From NCBI GenBank assembly GCA_964016885.1, contig OZ024743.1, positions 59,892,001 through 59,956,000 of the forward strand: a DNA stretch of 64,000 nt. Direction: 5' to 3'. Of this stretch, positions 23,077 through 37,957 are shown piece by piece (position 1 is the stretch's first letter; each line of letters starts with the position of its first letter). Below the pieces are notes generated by a model that was not told where the DNA came from, ran no database searches, and saw only the letters and a list, made by a program, of their open reading frames with translations. This DNA is from Eledone cirrhosa (taxonomy: Eukaryota). Position numbers and translations under genes: made by a program.

Positions 23077-23131
23077 ACTGCCTGAAGAGGTCACAGCCAA
23101 AGATGGCTGTCACTGAAATATATATAGCAGT
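23077..23131 (+). ncRNA. Type I hammerhead ribozyme
   Basis: ACTGC-CTGAAGA-GGT.ACAGCCA/AAGA/TGGCTGT.ACT-GAAA-TATATA-TA-GCAGT. Perfect 5-bp stem I, with AATAAA immediately after. Confidence 0.85.
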
Positions 23132-23275
23132 AATAAACGAAGCTAAATTTTAATCATTTGACTTTTATTTAACTTTATTTTACACTACTCCGGAGTAACC
23201 AAACCAACCTGCGCACTTCGTCGAGTGCTCCAGCCTGCATACTGAGGTGTTGGTATACAACCAACATAAACTCAA

Positions 23276-23363
23276 AATATATATATATACATATATATAT
23301 ATATACATATATATATATACATATATATATATACATATATATATATACATATATATAAATACA

Positions 23364-23395
<32 letters not shown>

Positions 23396-23480
23396 CATAT
23401 ATATATATATACATATATATATATACATATATATATACATATATATATATACATATATATATATATACATATATATATAC

Positions 23481-23511
<31 letters not shown>

Positions 23512-23512
23512 C

Positions 23513-23557
<45 letters not shown>

Positions 23558-23558
23558 C

Positions 23559-23589
<31 letters not shown>

Positions 23590-23602
23590 CATATATATAT
23601 AC

Positions 23603-23699
<97 letters not shown>

Positions 23700-23744
23700 T
23701 ATACATATATATATATATATACATATACATACATATATATATAC

Positions 23745-23781
<37 letters not shown>

Positions 23782-23850
23782 CATATATATATACATATAT
23801 ATACATATATGCATACATATATATATGTATATATATATATATATATATAT
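23276..23850. repeat. ~570-bp (TA)n/TACA compound microsatellite
   Basis: Direct inspection. Source of the spurious YI-repeat ORFs. Confidence 0.95.
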
Positions 23851-23955
23851 TGGAAAATGTGTGAAAGAATGACTTCATTTGTAGTTCTAAATCAAATTGT
23901 TTTACAAGTGACTGAAGTCATTCTTTTTACATTTTTTCATAAATGTATCTCTCTC

Positions 23956-25522
<1,567 letters not shown>

Positions 25523-25726
25523 TGATATTCTCGCTTTGTGAAATATCTGCTGTATTTACATTGAGCTATTTTTCTTACAGGTAATAAGGTGGCATTGAAT
25601 TACTGACTTTTCCTGTTTATAATTATATATAGTATAGAAATATGTATAAATAATATTATTATTATTATATATATATATATAATGTAAAACGAAAAATCAG
25701 TGATGCATCTGAACTCATTTTATTGT

Positions 25727-25814
25727 GTGTTACAATTGTTTCACCGACAGACAGCTCGAGACACGATCATTGTATGGATCTGTCTGATTCTGGACCTGCA
25801 GGTTCGTCGGACAC
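25727..25814 (-). ncRNA. Hammerhead-like motif with CCGACGA core and long stem II
   Basis: GTGT-CCGACGA-ACC...GGT-GAAA-CAATTG-TA-ACAC. Confidence 0.6.
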
Positions 25815-26035
25815 TTGAATAATTTCGAATCAAATTTTCTCACTGGGGTGTAGCGTAAAAAAAAATGTTCCTCGTTTGTCCTGCTGTTGGCTGTTGTTTT
25901 TCGACGTCATCATAAATTCTGGCCAATTGTTGCTGTCACACTGGCCAGCAGCAGCGGCTCCGCCTTACAAACTTCAATGAATCCATGCTGGGTTTGGTAT
26001 TTCACAAGTCCAGTCGCGCACTCACATATACATAT

Positions 26036-26099
<64 letters not shown>

Positions 26100-26100
<1 letters not shown>

Positions 26101-27508
26101 TAATTTAATATATCTACTAACATAAGCGCACAGATGTACGCTAATGCCAGCAAATACACAGGTTATGTCATAGTACCTAGGTGGTTCAATGCAGGAGGAT
26201 GCAGAACAATAATATAAAAGACGTAAAATAAGAAAATTTTAAAAAGAAATTTAAAAAAAATTAACTTACTTATATTTTCACTCCAACTAATTAGTTTCTG
26301 CAATGGGATAAAGACAGTTACGTAATGAACTGTTGAGTATTTCGTTGCGTCATCAGGGCGGTCATTCTCAGCCAAGTCTCCAGACAATGCGCGGACACTG
26401 GGGACTCATATAAAAATAATAATAATTCGGTAAATGGAACAGCTATCGAGGACTGGATTCCATGTACTGAAAATTCTCACTGCCACTGGTCATATGGCCG
26501 ATTCTAAAGAATCAATCACGTGACACAGAGGCTAGTCAGTAGAATGGGATGGTAAGATGACAGACGCCTACTAACACCCCCCAAAAAAATTTTTTAGAAG
26601 TGGTTTTGGCAGGTTTGCTCGACAAATCAGTGATTTGGAGATAAATATAGATAATTTAATATATCTACTAACATAAGCGCACAGATGTACGCTAATGCCA
26701 GCAAATACACAGGTTATGTCATAGTACCTAGGTGGTTCAATGCAGGAGGATGCAGAACAATAATATAAAAGACGTAAAATAAGAAAATTAAAAAAAAAAA
26801 TAAATAAAAAATTAACTTACTTAAATGTTCACTCCAACTAATTAGTTTCTGCAATGGGATAAAGACAGTTACGTAATGAACTGTTGAGAATTTCATTGCG
26901 TCATCGGGGAGGTCATTCTCAGCCAAGTCTCCAGGCAATGCGCGGACACTGGGGACTCATATAAAAATAATAATAATTCGGTAAATGGAACAGCTATCGA
27001 GGACTGGATTCCAGGTACTATGACATAACCTGTGTATTTGCTGGCATTAGCGTACATCTGTGCGCTTATGTTAGTATCTATATTTATCTCCAAATCACTG
27101 ATTTGTCGAGCAAACCTGCCAAAACCACTTCTAAAAAAATTTTTGTGGGGTGTTAGTAGGCGTCTGTCATCTTACCATCCCATTCCTACTGACTAGCCTC
27201 TGTGTTACGTGATTGATTCTTTAGAATCGGCCATATGACCAGTGGCAGTGAGAATTTTCAGTACCTGGAATCCAGTCCTCGATAGCTGTTCCATTTACCG
27301 AATTATTATTATTTTTATATGAGTCCCCAGTGTCCGCGCATTGCCTGGAGACTTGGCTGAGAATGACCTCCCTGATGACGCAATGAAATTCTCAACAGTT
27401 CATTACGTAACTGTCTTTATCCCATTGCAGAAACTAATTAGTTGGAGTGAAAATTTAAGGAAGCAAGTTAATTTTTTTTTATTTTTTTTTTTAGTTTCTT
27501 ATTTTACG

Positions 27509-27513
<5 letters not shown>
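26100..27513. repeat. 551-bp partial tandem repeat plus inverted copy
   Basis: 26100-26650 is repeated at 26651-27019. 27013-27513 is the reverse complement of ~26215-26730. Both ends are flanked by (TA)n. Confidence 0.9.
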
Positions 27514-27582
<69 letters not shown>

Positions 27583-28719
27583 GCTCACTTACACACACAC
27601 GCACCAACCATATAAATAACAACATACGCGTCCACAGTCGCCTGCCTACATGCCCACGTACCTCTACAAAGATACATACATACATACCTATATCTGTCCG
27701 TACTCAAATATGATATACCCACAGAGTCATATAAATCTACACAGTTGGTCGTACAGGGTCATCCATGAAAGGATGCATCATGTTATACACGTGCACACAT
27801 ATAAACAATGTAACCAAATACATACATACATACACATACATGCATGTATATATACACACATATAAATAAATATATAAATATATAATAAGTAAATAAATGT
27901 ATATATATATACACATACATATATATATATACACACACACCCATATATATATATGTACACACACATACATACACATCTATAAAAAAACCTACAATATAAT
28001 AAAATATACATATAACGTCGTACATTAAAAGATTTATCTTGTGCTAAGCCTGCACAAATATAAACAATATAATCATATACATACATCCCTACACATTCAC
28101 GTAACATATACATATATATATATATATATACATACACACACATATACATATTCACATACGCATACATATATACACACATATAAAAAAAATAATAAATATA
28201 TACAATATGTTAAAATATACATATAACGTCACAGAGATATATAAAAAAGAGAGAAGAAAGAATAAGGGACGTGTGTGCGTATGATATAGTACATATGGGG
28301 AGTATGAGATGTACACTTGGGCCTGTATACAGAACAAATAATATGTGTTCTAAAATGGAACACGTGGAGAGTATGTATCCTCGATTGAAAAGATACACAT
28401 GCATGGGGGTGAGTAGCCCGGCCATATTGGAGTATGTTACTGTGGTTGAGGTATGTTGGCTTATGATTGTAAGGTATTTGACTGATAGACCGTGTAATCC
28501 GGGTCAACCTGTCCCGGCTCAGGCGATGTTCTTGCCTAGGGTGACGTAAAGAATCGGGTATGCATATCGGGTTACTTTGGTTTACCACACGGGGCATATA
28601 TTGTAATCAGGGTATGATGTCTGATCCCTTGAACCTGTTTTGTCGCGCTGTTCGGCGCGTGCTCTGCCGCATGCCCTTAGCCTGGGCTCCCCGCTGGATT
28701 CCATGCGGAGAGTGTGCAC

Positions 28720-29072
28720 CTTCTTTGGGGTGTGCACGCCATGATAATTTCCGATTTCAGGTTGACCGCTGCATCCTTCAGTCTGACTATTTCCATGGCC
28801 TCGTATACGCATAGGCTACACTTTCTACTTCCAGGCGAGTATGCATTCGCGTGTCGAAAGATGCTCCAGTCAAGGGTTTACAGGGTGCCTTTGTCTTTCA
28901 AGTCTCACACCAGGTCCGCTAGCCTAGTGGAGTGCCTGTTACTGCGGTCCTTGAAGGAGTTCGTGTGGTTATACAACCGCGATTAAAAGGTCGCGGATCC
29001 TGCGCCGATGTAGGTGCGCTTTATATTGTGGGTGCTAACCACACATTTATATATCAGGCATCCTCCCTGCAT
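28720..29072 (-). pseudogene. Penelope-like GIY-YIG endonuclease fragment
   Basis: Reverse frame reads LIYKCVV...TYIGAG..TF*SRLYNHTNSF...STRLA...DWSI...YSPGSRKCSLCVYE...VNLKSE, with stops. Confidence 0.75.
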
Positions 29073-29123
29073 TATATATATATATTGATATATTATATAA
29101 TATATATATATATATTGATATAT

Positions 29124-29271
<148 letters not shown>

Positions 29272-29299
29272 TATATATATATATATATATATATTAATA

Positions 29300-30125
29300 T
29301 ATTTCGGCGGGTAAGAAAAGCGAGACGAAACGCAAAATCAGAGTTATGCTGGCAAGAGCTCCATAGTTTAAAAAAAAACAGAGCTAAGCATATATGTTAA
29401 AACGCCATACAAAACTGAAAAATTTGACAAGATGGCATTAACCATTTAAGCCAATAAACAAGTCAAGCTAAACAGGTAAAACAAAATAAATGATAAAATC
29501 ATATATATATATATATACATATACACATATATAACCGGCCTGGACCCATTGGAAGTGATCGCAAAATTCAAATGCAAGGTTTCTATGACACCGAAATCAA
29601 TTATACTGTCTGCTTAAAACTATAAGCTTTTTGTATAATGATCGAAGGAATATCACGTTATCAACAGGTATTTCGGTCTGCGCCAACTTACTAGGTGACG
29701 CAGGGCTTTGTAAAAGCAGATGCGTAACTCATAAGGGGAAAACCCCAGATTTTAGCAAATGTATTCAGTACTTATAAATCCTGCAAAAAATTGCATAAAT
29801 AGCAAAAATCGAATAAGTACTCAACCGGGTAGTGTTAAAATAAACTTATACAATTAATTTGTCAATAGAATTATAAACAGGTTAATTGTAAGTCCCGGGA
29901 GATTAATACAAATATAAATTCACTGAGAATCGCATTTCGGCGTGTAGAAAAAGCGAAACGAAACGCCAAATCAGTGTTATGCTGGCAAGCGCTGCATAGT
30001 TAAATACCAGAGCTAAAGATATGTTTTAAACGCCATACAAAACTGAAAAAGTAGTCAAGAAGGCATTAACCTCCTAAGCCACAACACAAGTCAAACTAAA
30101 CAGGTCAAACAAAATAAATGATAAA

Positions 30126-30166
<41 letters not shown>

Positions 30167-30580
30167 ATACTTTTGGAGGGTCATGTTGCCAATAAGAAAC
30201 ACACGCACCAGTTGCTTTCATTTCAGTTTATTGTAAATTAAATTTAGGAATTTAGGAATTTATAAATTTCTGGTTGGCTGGTTGGTTCAAACAACCAGAT
30301 GATTGTTCATATATTGTCCTCTGCTGTTAAGAATAGAATCCGAGTAACTGAAGAGGTCACAGAATGTGTGTCGAAAGAACTTTGACAATATATGAACAAT
30401 CAGCTGGTTGAGGAACCAACCAACCAACCGGAAATTTATAAATTTAATTTATAATAAATTGAAGTGAAATCAACTGGTGCGTGTGTTTCTTATTGGCAAC
30501 ATGACCCTCCCAAAGTATAACAATATCGGTTTCAACACACGTTTTCAGATAAAGAATCTTGCTAAGCAAATTCAGAAACG

Positions 30581-30618
<38 letters not shown>

Positions 30619-30826
30619 GTATATAACCGACCAGAACCCATTGGAATTGATGGTAAAATCCAAATGCAGGATTTCTATAACACCTAAATCAATAATACTT
30701 TCTGCTTAAAACTATAAGCGTTTGGTATAATGATCGAACAAGAAATATCACGTTATCACCAGGTATTTTGCTCTGCGCCAACTTAGTGAATGACGCAGGG
30801 CTTTGTAAAAGAACATGCGTAACTCA
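29300..30826. repeat. ~635-bp tandem duplication, second unit interrupted by a foldback insert
   Basis: ATTTCGGCG.GTA...ATGATAAAATC(TA)n at 29301 and 29934. ATATAACCG...GCGTAACTCATA at 29529 and 30621. Confidence 0.8.
30161..30524. mobile_element. Foldback element with ~150-bp inverted arms and a hammerhead motif in the spacer
   Basis: ATTGTTATACTTT.GGAGGGTCATGTTGCC... / ...GGCAACATGACCCTCC.AAAGTATAACAAT. CTGAAGA-GGTCACA/TGTGTC-GAAA at 30348-30386. Confidence 0.8.
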
Positions 30827-31789
30827 TATATATATATATATATATATACATATTGATATATTATATATACTATATATATAAATATATATATATATAGGAA
30901 CGAGTAGGACCCCGACAGCTGAGCTCAAGCCGTTTCGACGGCTAATTCTATATATATATATATATGATAAAGAACACGAGAGCGTCTACACCATCAACAA
31001 TTTTATATTCTCAACTAATCACATTATGATTATATTTCTCTCTCCCGTTTTCTCCCCCCCCCCCCCCCCCATATTTATAATATTTTTATTTAACAAAATC
31101 TGTTTTTTTACATTGTGTTTTTTCCTTTCTGACACTTGCCTATATTTTTTATATATTCTCTATATATTTATATATATATATATTTTTTTTTAATTCTTAT
31201 TTTCATTTTTATCCTCCTTTATATTTTATTTTATTCTTACTTTTATACCTTATTATAGTGTATTCTTCCCTATGCCTTATTATACATTATTAACTATAAA
31301 TTATTATTATTCTTATTCCATTTCTAATTACCTCATGTACTTTCTCCTCCGTTATATGTATATTATATGCCCTGTGTGTGTGTGTAGCCTCTGCACACCC
31401 TCTGCACCCTAATATCAATGCCACCCCATCTATGGCTCCACTAACCACTCGACTCCCGGGAATGAATATGACCACAGCTAGTAAACAAGGACCCACACCC
31501 CACCCTCCCGCACCTAAATTAGACTTATTGTCCCCTGCTTTTGCACTTTAATTTCTTTACTCTTTGTTCTTGAATGTTTGGTTGGTAGAGTCCATAACAC
31601 CAATCAAACCCCTTTTATAGCTCTGACGAATCCTACGGTTACGTAAGGAAGAATCATTGTAAGCCGATAAAAAATGTTTGTGTTCTTTATCATATATACG
31701 GCTCTGCTCCAAAGCATTGAGCTAATTATTATACTGCCAATACCTTAATGGGACACAGGTATACAATACCTAACTCCTATTAACCTAAG

Positions 31790-31904
<115 letters not shown>

Positions 31905-32006
31905 TTATATATTATATATATATATATATTATATATATATATACATATGTATATATACATATGTATATATAAGCAGTAAATATATATATATATTTATACA
32001 TATAAG

Positions 32007-32659
32007 CAGTAAAGCAACCAGTGAAAGACTTGTTACATCTACATATGTATACGTGTGTGTATTCATATGCACACTAGTATTTCAGTATGCATATGTAGAT
32101 GTACATTTTTAACTTAATTGTTTAAGCGTCAGTCATACAAAAGTGAGTTACAAACGAAACGAAATTTAATTTCGTTTCGTTATTTGTTTTTATCGTCTCC
32201 GCTGAACCGGTGCGTACTCACACTCTATGCAAATTAGTCTGCCCACTACTAATTTTCATAGAAAAAGCATATAACGATATGTGCTTTTACAATTCTCCAG
32301 AAAGGCCGGTAGATAGGTAAATATTGCTGATGAGTTGTAACAACAACGAAACTAGTTCAATATTCCTTGTCTGGCTTTCTAGGGAATAGAGGGAAGGTGT
32401 TTCCTCGAAAACCAGTATGACTCTAAAAACCGGTTTGTCTGTGTGTTTACATACAGAATAGCTGGGTTGCTCACAGTAAAGCAACCAGTGAAAGACTTGT
32501 TACATCTACATATGTATACGTGTGTGTATTCATATGCACACTAGTATTTCAGTATGCATATGTAGATGTACATTTTTAACTTAATTGTTTAAGCGTCAGT
32601 CATACAAAAGTGAGTTACAAACGAAACGAAATTTAATTTCGTTTCGTTATTTGTTTTTA
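32007..32659 (+). mobile_element. Retrozyme-like partial tandem (467-bp unit, ~1.4 copies)
   Basis: 32007-32192 appears identical to 32474-32659. Contains a complete hammerhead and is flanked by (TA)n. Confidence 0.75.
32320..32364 (+). ncRNA. Type I hammerhead ribozyme
   Basis: AATATTG-CTGATGA-GTTGT/AACA/ACAAC-GAAA-CTAG-TT-CAATATT. 7-bp stem I, 5-bp stem II, palindromic stem III, GUU triplet. Confidence 0.9.
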
Positions 32660-32972
32660 TATATATATATATATATATATGTATTTAACTGTAACACGTC
32701 GAACTTTATTATATAAAATCATAACCGTTATCATTTACCTAAAGTATACTGTATCACTAATACCTAATATATATCCATATATACCTCCCTGTATCTTTCT
32801 ATACATAATTTTTAGCTAACTTATAAATTTCTTGATTATTATTCCTTTTGAACTATGAATAATTAATGCATTTACACCCTGTTATATATAGGCATATATT
32901 TAACTTGAGCATGCCTCAATCTATTATTTTATTTTTATTTTCCTTATCATTTACCTAAAATATACTGGCTCA

Positions 32973-33052
<80 letters not shown>

Positions 33053-33766
33053 ATCGTTATTTAAATATTTCTAACAATAAGTACTTCATAAGCTTTACAT
33101 ACCAAATATATTGACATTGATTATCTTCGTTAAAGTTTACATTTAGGAGAATATTCAGCAGTGTAAACTTTCCTTTCGGCTGGCCAGCTAAATCCTTTAA
33201 ATGTTATCCTCATAAAATTCAGAAGTTTAGAAATGTTAACACACTTATAGAATTTACAAAACTAATAAATATAAATAACCAGCAATTTAAAAAAAAACTA
33301 AAATCTTGATTATTCACCCTAAAATAGCATAAATTAAATATTTTCAAACTTTCTGAAAAAAATCTCCTTTGCATATATTAGCCCCTTATCTTTCCCTCTC
33401 TATATATCCTATTCCAGTGGCTCTCATTAACTGTTATAATTCATGAGATGTTTTCCTAGATAAACATAAATTGTGGTATCATACATTTTAAAATCTCTAT
33501 AACTGTTACATTAAGCAACGTTTTTCTTACTCACACAGTCTCTATTGAATTTATTACGTTTTCGCATTTTCTCATTATTAGGGTATAAATGTTAAATTTT
33601 CTCTTAGGTTAATCACTACTTTGATTAAATCTTAACCATTTAACATCTCGGGGTATGTCATGTATCATTATATTTTGTCTGATAAGGACGTCCGAAATAT
33701 GTATAATACCATGTAATTGATCAAAAGAACATCTATTTTATTAATATATGTATTTTAATATATGTA

Positions 33767-33859
<93 letters not shown>

Positions 33860-34046
33860 GTATATATTATATATATATATAGATATTTATCTATGGAATA
33901 GAATGAAACGAAATTTCATTTATCCCTCTTGGTACGGCAGTTACTTAAAGGTAAGTATGTATGTATACGTACATACATATATGTATACATACGTACATAC
34001 ATATATGTATACATACGTACATCAGTATGTATATATATACATACAT

Positions 34047-34112
<66 letters not shown>

Positions 34113-34234
34113 GTATCGGTTTACCGAACACTTATTATAATGCTCGGTTGGTTTGTAAACAAACAAACAGCCCGAATTACGCCGTACAGTGTTTAGGCAA
34201 CCACGTCACCTTTTTGTTCAACACTGACACAGGA

Positions 34235-34277
34235 ACGATGTACTAGTTTCAAGCTTATTAGCTATCGTCAGCATCGT
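34235..34277 (-). ncRNA. Type I hammerhead ribozyme
   Basis: ACGATG-CTGACGA-T-AGCT/AATA/AGCT-T-GAAA-CTAG-TA-CATCGT. Perfect 6-bp stem I. Confidence 0.88.
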
Positions 34278-34678
34278 ATACCTTCCTGCCAGATGGTTAA
34301 ACGTCTGAAAGTATATACTTTCCTTATGCATATTAACGGCTAAGTAGCCTAATTTGCATATCGAGTGAATTTAGTCGACCGGGCGCACCGAAAACAATAA
34401 GTGGAATAGAATGAAACGAAATTCCATTTATCACTCTTAGTACGGCAGTTACTTAAATGTAAGTATGTATGTATGTATACGTACATACATATATGTATAC
34501 AGACGTACAGTAGTATCTATATATATACATACATGCACACATATATATATATGAACGTATCGATTTACCGAACATTTATTATAATACTCGGTTTGTTTAT
34601 AAACAAACAAACAGCCCGAATTACGCCGTACAGTGTTTAGGCAACCTCGTCACCTTTTTGTTCAACACTGACACAGGA

Positions 34679-34721
34679 ACGATATACTAGTTTCAAGCTT
34701 ATTAGCTATCGTCAGCATCGT
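34679..34721 (-). ncRNA. Type I hammerhead ribozyme (second tandem copy)
   Basis: Same as 34235-34277, with a G-U pair at the base of stem I (ACGATG/TATCGT). Confidence 0.85.
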
Positions 34722-34963
34722 ATACCTTCCTGCTAGATGGTTGAATGTCTGAAAGTATATACTTTCATTATGCATATTAACGGCTGAGCAGCCTAATTTG
34801 CATATCGAGTGAGTTTAGTCGGTAGAAGCGCAATTGTAAAATAGGGCATTTAAGCCCATCAAACACCTAGGCCTTCAGGATTTAACACAGCTCATGTTAT
34901 CCTTCTCCTCCTCCACCTCCTTTTCTTGCTCCCCTCCTCATCTTCCACCTCCTCAGCATACTC

Positions 34964-34994
<31 letters not shown>

Positions 34995-35718
34995 CTTCTT
35001 TTTCGCGAGGTTCACAACAGACATATAGCCGTGGAATGTCTTCTTGTGAAAGTACACAATAAAATTAACATTGCAATAAAATACTGATAAAATCATGTAG
35101 AAAATAAAATATAATTAGAAGTATGAAAAAATTAAAAGTAAATAAAAGATTTTAAAAATTGTTACTTGAAAAGAAAATGTTTGTCAACAGAAATGATATT
35201 TAATAAGGATGTTTACTTTTTGAAAAATATGACTTGTCTCTTCAGTACAATCTTTGATATAGCCCACAGGACACTGAGAAAAACTACATCATATATGTTG
35301 GACCTCCGACTGTTCCATACACGAATGGTCCACCTGTGCGTAGAGCAGAATGCGTGTTAGTGAGATTAGCGATGGAACAGCAGAATGGTTAATTAGTTAG
35401 CTTCACTATCGTATGGTTCTAGTGTCATTCATTATAGCTTCGGGCAGTATGAAGTCTTGTGAGTGAAATTGGATAGAGAGAAGCAGTTTTTAATCCGTCA
35501 CAGGGAATGTACTTGTAAATCAACGGGCAAAATTTGTCACAATTTATCACGCAGATTATTCCTGAGATTTACGTATCTGTGTCCGAGGAATGCACAGGCA
35601 CTTGCATGTATATTTATTGAGCAGACTGTTCCGCTTATCGAACAATTCGAACACTCGTTGTCGAAGCTGATAGAAGTTTATTCCAGTCCACTTTAACTCA
35701 TTGATTTCATGGTGCCTA

Positions 35719-36141
35719 CTCTCGGGTCTCAAGTAATCGTTCCTCCAACCACTTATTAATTTTTCAGAGGTTTTCCTGCCCCACCCACGATTATCAAATT
35801 TTGCAAATCTGTCTCCAGCGAATTTGATTTTAATTGGTAGCATTCCTGCGGCATTTAATTTTTTTTATACTTTAAAAAACATTAAATATGGCAAAACGAG
35901 TACATCAATAGAAATCAGCTACATTATAAGATAAATAGGGTTGGTTGTTGGTCTCAATATGTAAACAGAATAACTAATTCTGTTGTTTTTTACATTAACG
36001 GAGACAACCAAGAACCATTATCGGTTGCACCCCCCCCCCCCCCCCCTCCCCTGAACTTATTCCACCTTCGATTTATTTCAACTACTCCGCTTATTCCAAC
36101 ACCACACTTATTCCACCCGCCTATTATTTGGGACCCGAGTG
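35719..36141. mobile_element. MITE with ~19-bp TIRs and TA target duplication (Tc1/mariner-like)
   Basis: TA|CTCTCGGGTCTCAAGTAAT ... ATTATTTGGGACCCGAGTG|TA. Subterminal TTATTCCA repeats at 36057-36120. Confidence 0.7.
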
Positions 36142-37269
36142 TACCTCACCTTTGGGAACCCCAGCAATTAGTTGAATTGGTGTGTTTGTTTTTTGTTCTT
36201 ACATTACTAGTATAGCAAAACTAAGTTAATAGAATGTTATATATATTCCAAATAAATTTCTTCACGATAGAACTAACACAGAATCATTGGGACTTAAGAT
36301 GTATATGGAATCAGATTCTATATGAAATAAAAATAGATTTAGATTTAATATCACTGAGTGTATTTTCAGCCATTATAAGTTCCCAGCTTCCTCAGTATAA
36401 ATGTACGAGAGCCCAGTACCTACATTTCACATTTGCACCGCGAGTTATATATGAAAACAACACACTAACGAGATTTAACACTAAATTGATAGAAAATCTT
36501 AACGAGGTACATTTTTCTGATGGGTTACTAAGTCAATATAACAACACAAGCGTAGAAATGTCATATACATTTATCTGAGACGAATACATAGTGGTTATAA
36601 AATCCTTTTTGATTGCAAATGCATCTCATTGAAAAGGCAAATTATTGAACTTGTGATGGGATATTTTAAGAGGCACTCGATTAATCTTAACCGAATATAA
36701 AATATAAAACGGGGTTTCGTCAGTTACCAGATTTAAAGGAAGCAGTCGGTCAAAACCTGGTTTGTTGTTAGAAGTAACTTTACTCAACACATCTTAAACA
36801 AACATAACCAGATTCTCCCAGTTAACAATAAGAGTGAAGTGAATAACTACCAGTGCAAACAGGGATTAATGATTGTAGTGTCTTAGGAAGAACAATAAAA
36901 AAAGAACAATTTTGAAGAAATGAATACAAATTCAAAACAGTAAAATAGCAAAGTAAAATATGACGCATTTTTACGAAACTGATACCCGAATGTCAATGAT
37001 ACACACGACTCAGCTGTAAATCATTTTTACTACACAAACCACATACAACAAGCTATGCATAATCATAATCATATATTGATACAACTGCCAATGTTCATAC
37101 TTTAGACAACATAAGTATGCCTAAAAGGACACCAGAAACTTCAGGTCATAACATACAAAACCTGATTTACGATACTAACATGGGTTTATGTCTAAAAACC
37201 ATAAACCTGCTCAGGTGTTAATAACATGAAGAGGTGTTGAGATGAAAGAAAGTGTTATTCTTTAAAGTT

Positions 37270-37760
37270 ATGTATTTCTATTTGGTTTGTAGTATCTCCC
37301 ATCACGCTCATCGTTTCTGATTCTGGTCTTTGTGTTGTTTATATTGGTACTGCTACTTTTGTTGGTGTTATTGATGTCGGTGCGATTCCAGGTTTTGCGT
37401 TCCTCTCAACGGTGGATGTTTTGCTTCACCTTACTTGGACTGGTGATGCTGTCTTTGTTGGTATTGTGACTTTGGTGTTGGCAGCATGAAGTCGTGTGGA
37501 CCTATGAGCTTTGATGAAAACAGCTTCACTCCATTCAGTAGGATAATGAAATCAGGGATCTACTCCAGTGTTTTCCGGTTTGATGTGGTGCACAAACTCC
37601 AATTAGATTTTACAGGCTAGGTCTCTCCCCACACCCATGTTCAGTTTGACGTCCAGGCGATGTAATTCTCTTCTAGAAAAACACAGACCAAGATCAACCT
37701 GATGTCTAGCTCATGAACGGCACCCGAAATCCTCGCCATTATCTTTCATCTTCATAAATA
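37270..37760 (-). pseudogene. Old relic of a Tx1-like ORF1
   Basis: Reverse frame KTLE*IPDFIILLNG resembles KSIEEIPEVIDLTDG of ORF1 and is followed by Thr/Pro-rich sequence. Confidence 0.35.
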
Positions 37761-37957
37761 CAAAATTAGATGAAAGTAGTCCTCCCGGCGATAGGGAACT
37801 ATATAACGTTTTATGGCAATACTTTCGATGTTGAAGAACGCGTTTACACCCTAAATTTGCTTTGCTCTTACAACGAATGCAAGGTAGGGCGGTATTTATA
37901 AGGTCTTCTCAATCTAAGCGCTAGCGCTGTTTCTGCTCGTAGAGATATTACTGGCAT

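Larger units (their letters stand above)
33894..34821 (-). mobile_element. Retrozyme-like tandem dimer (hammerhead spacing 444 nt)
   Basis: 33894-34378 is repeated at 34402-34821, differing mainly in internal (TA)n length. One hammerhead per unit. Confidence 0.8.

Noticed and set aside
35280-35700. Moderately GC-rich segment that might be a DNA-transposase relic
   Set aside because: No recognisable DDE or other motif in the short ORFs.
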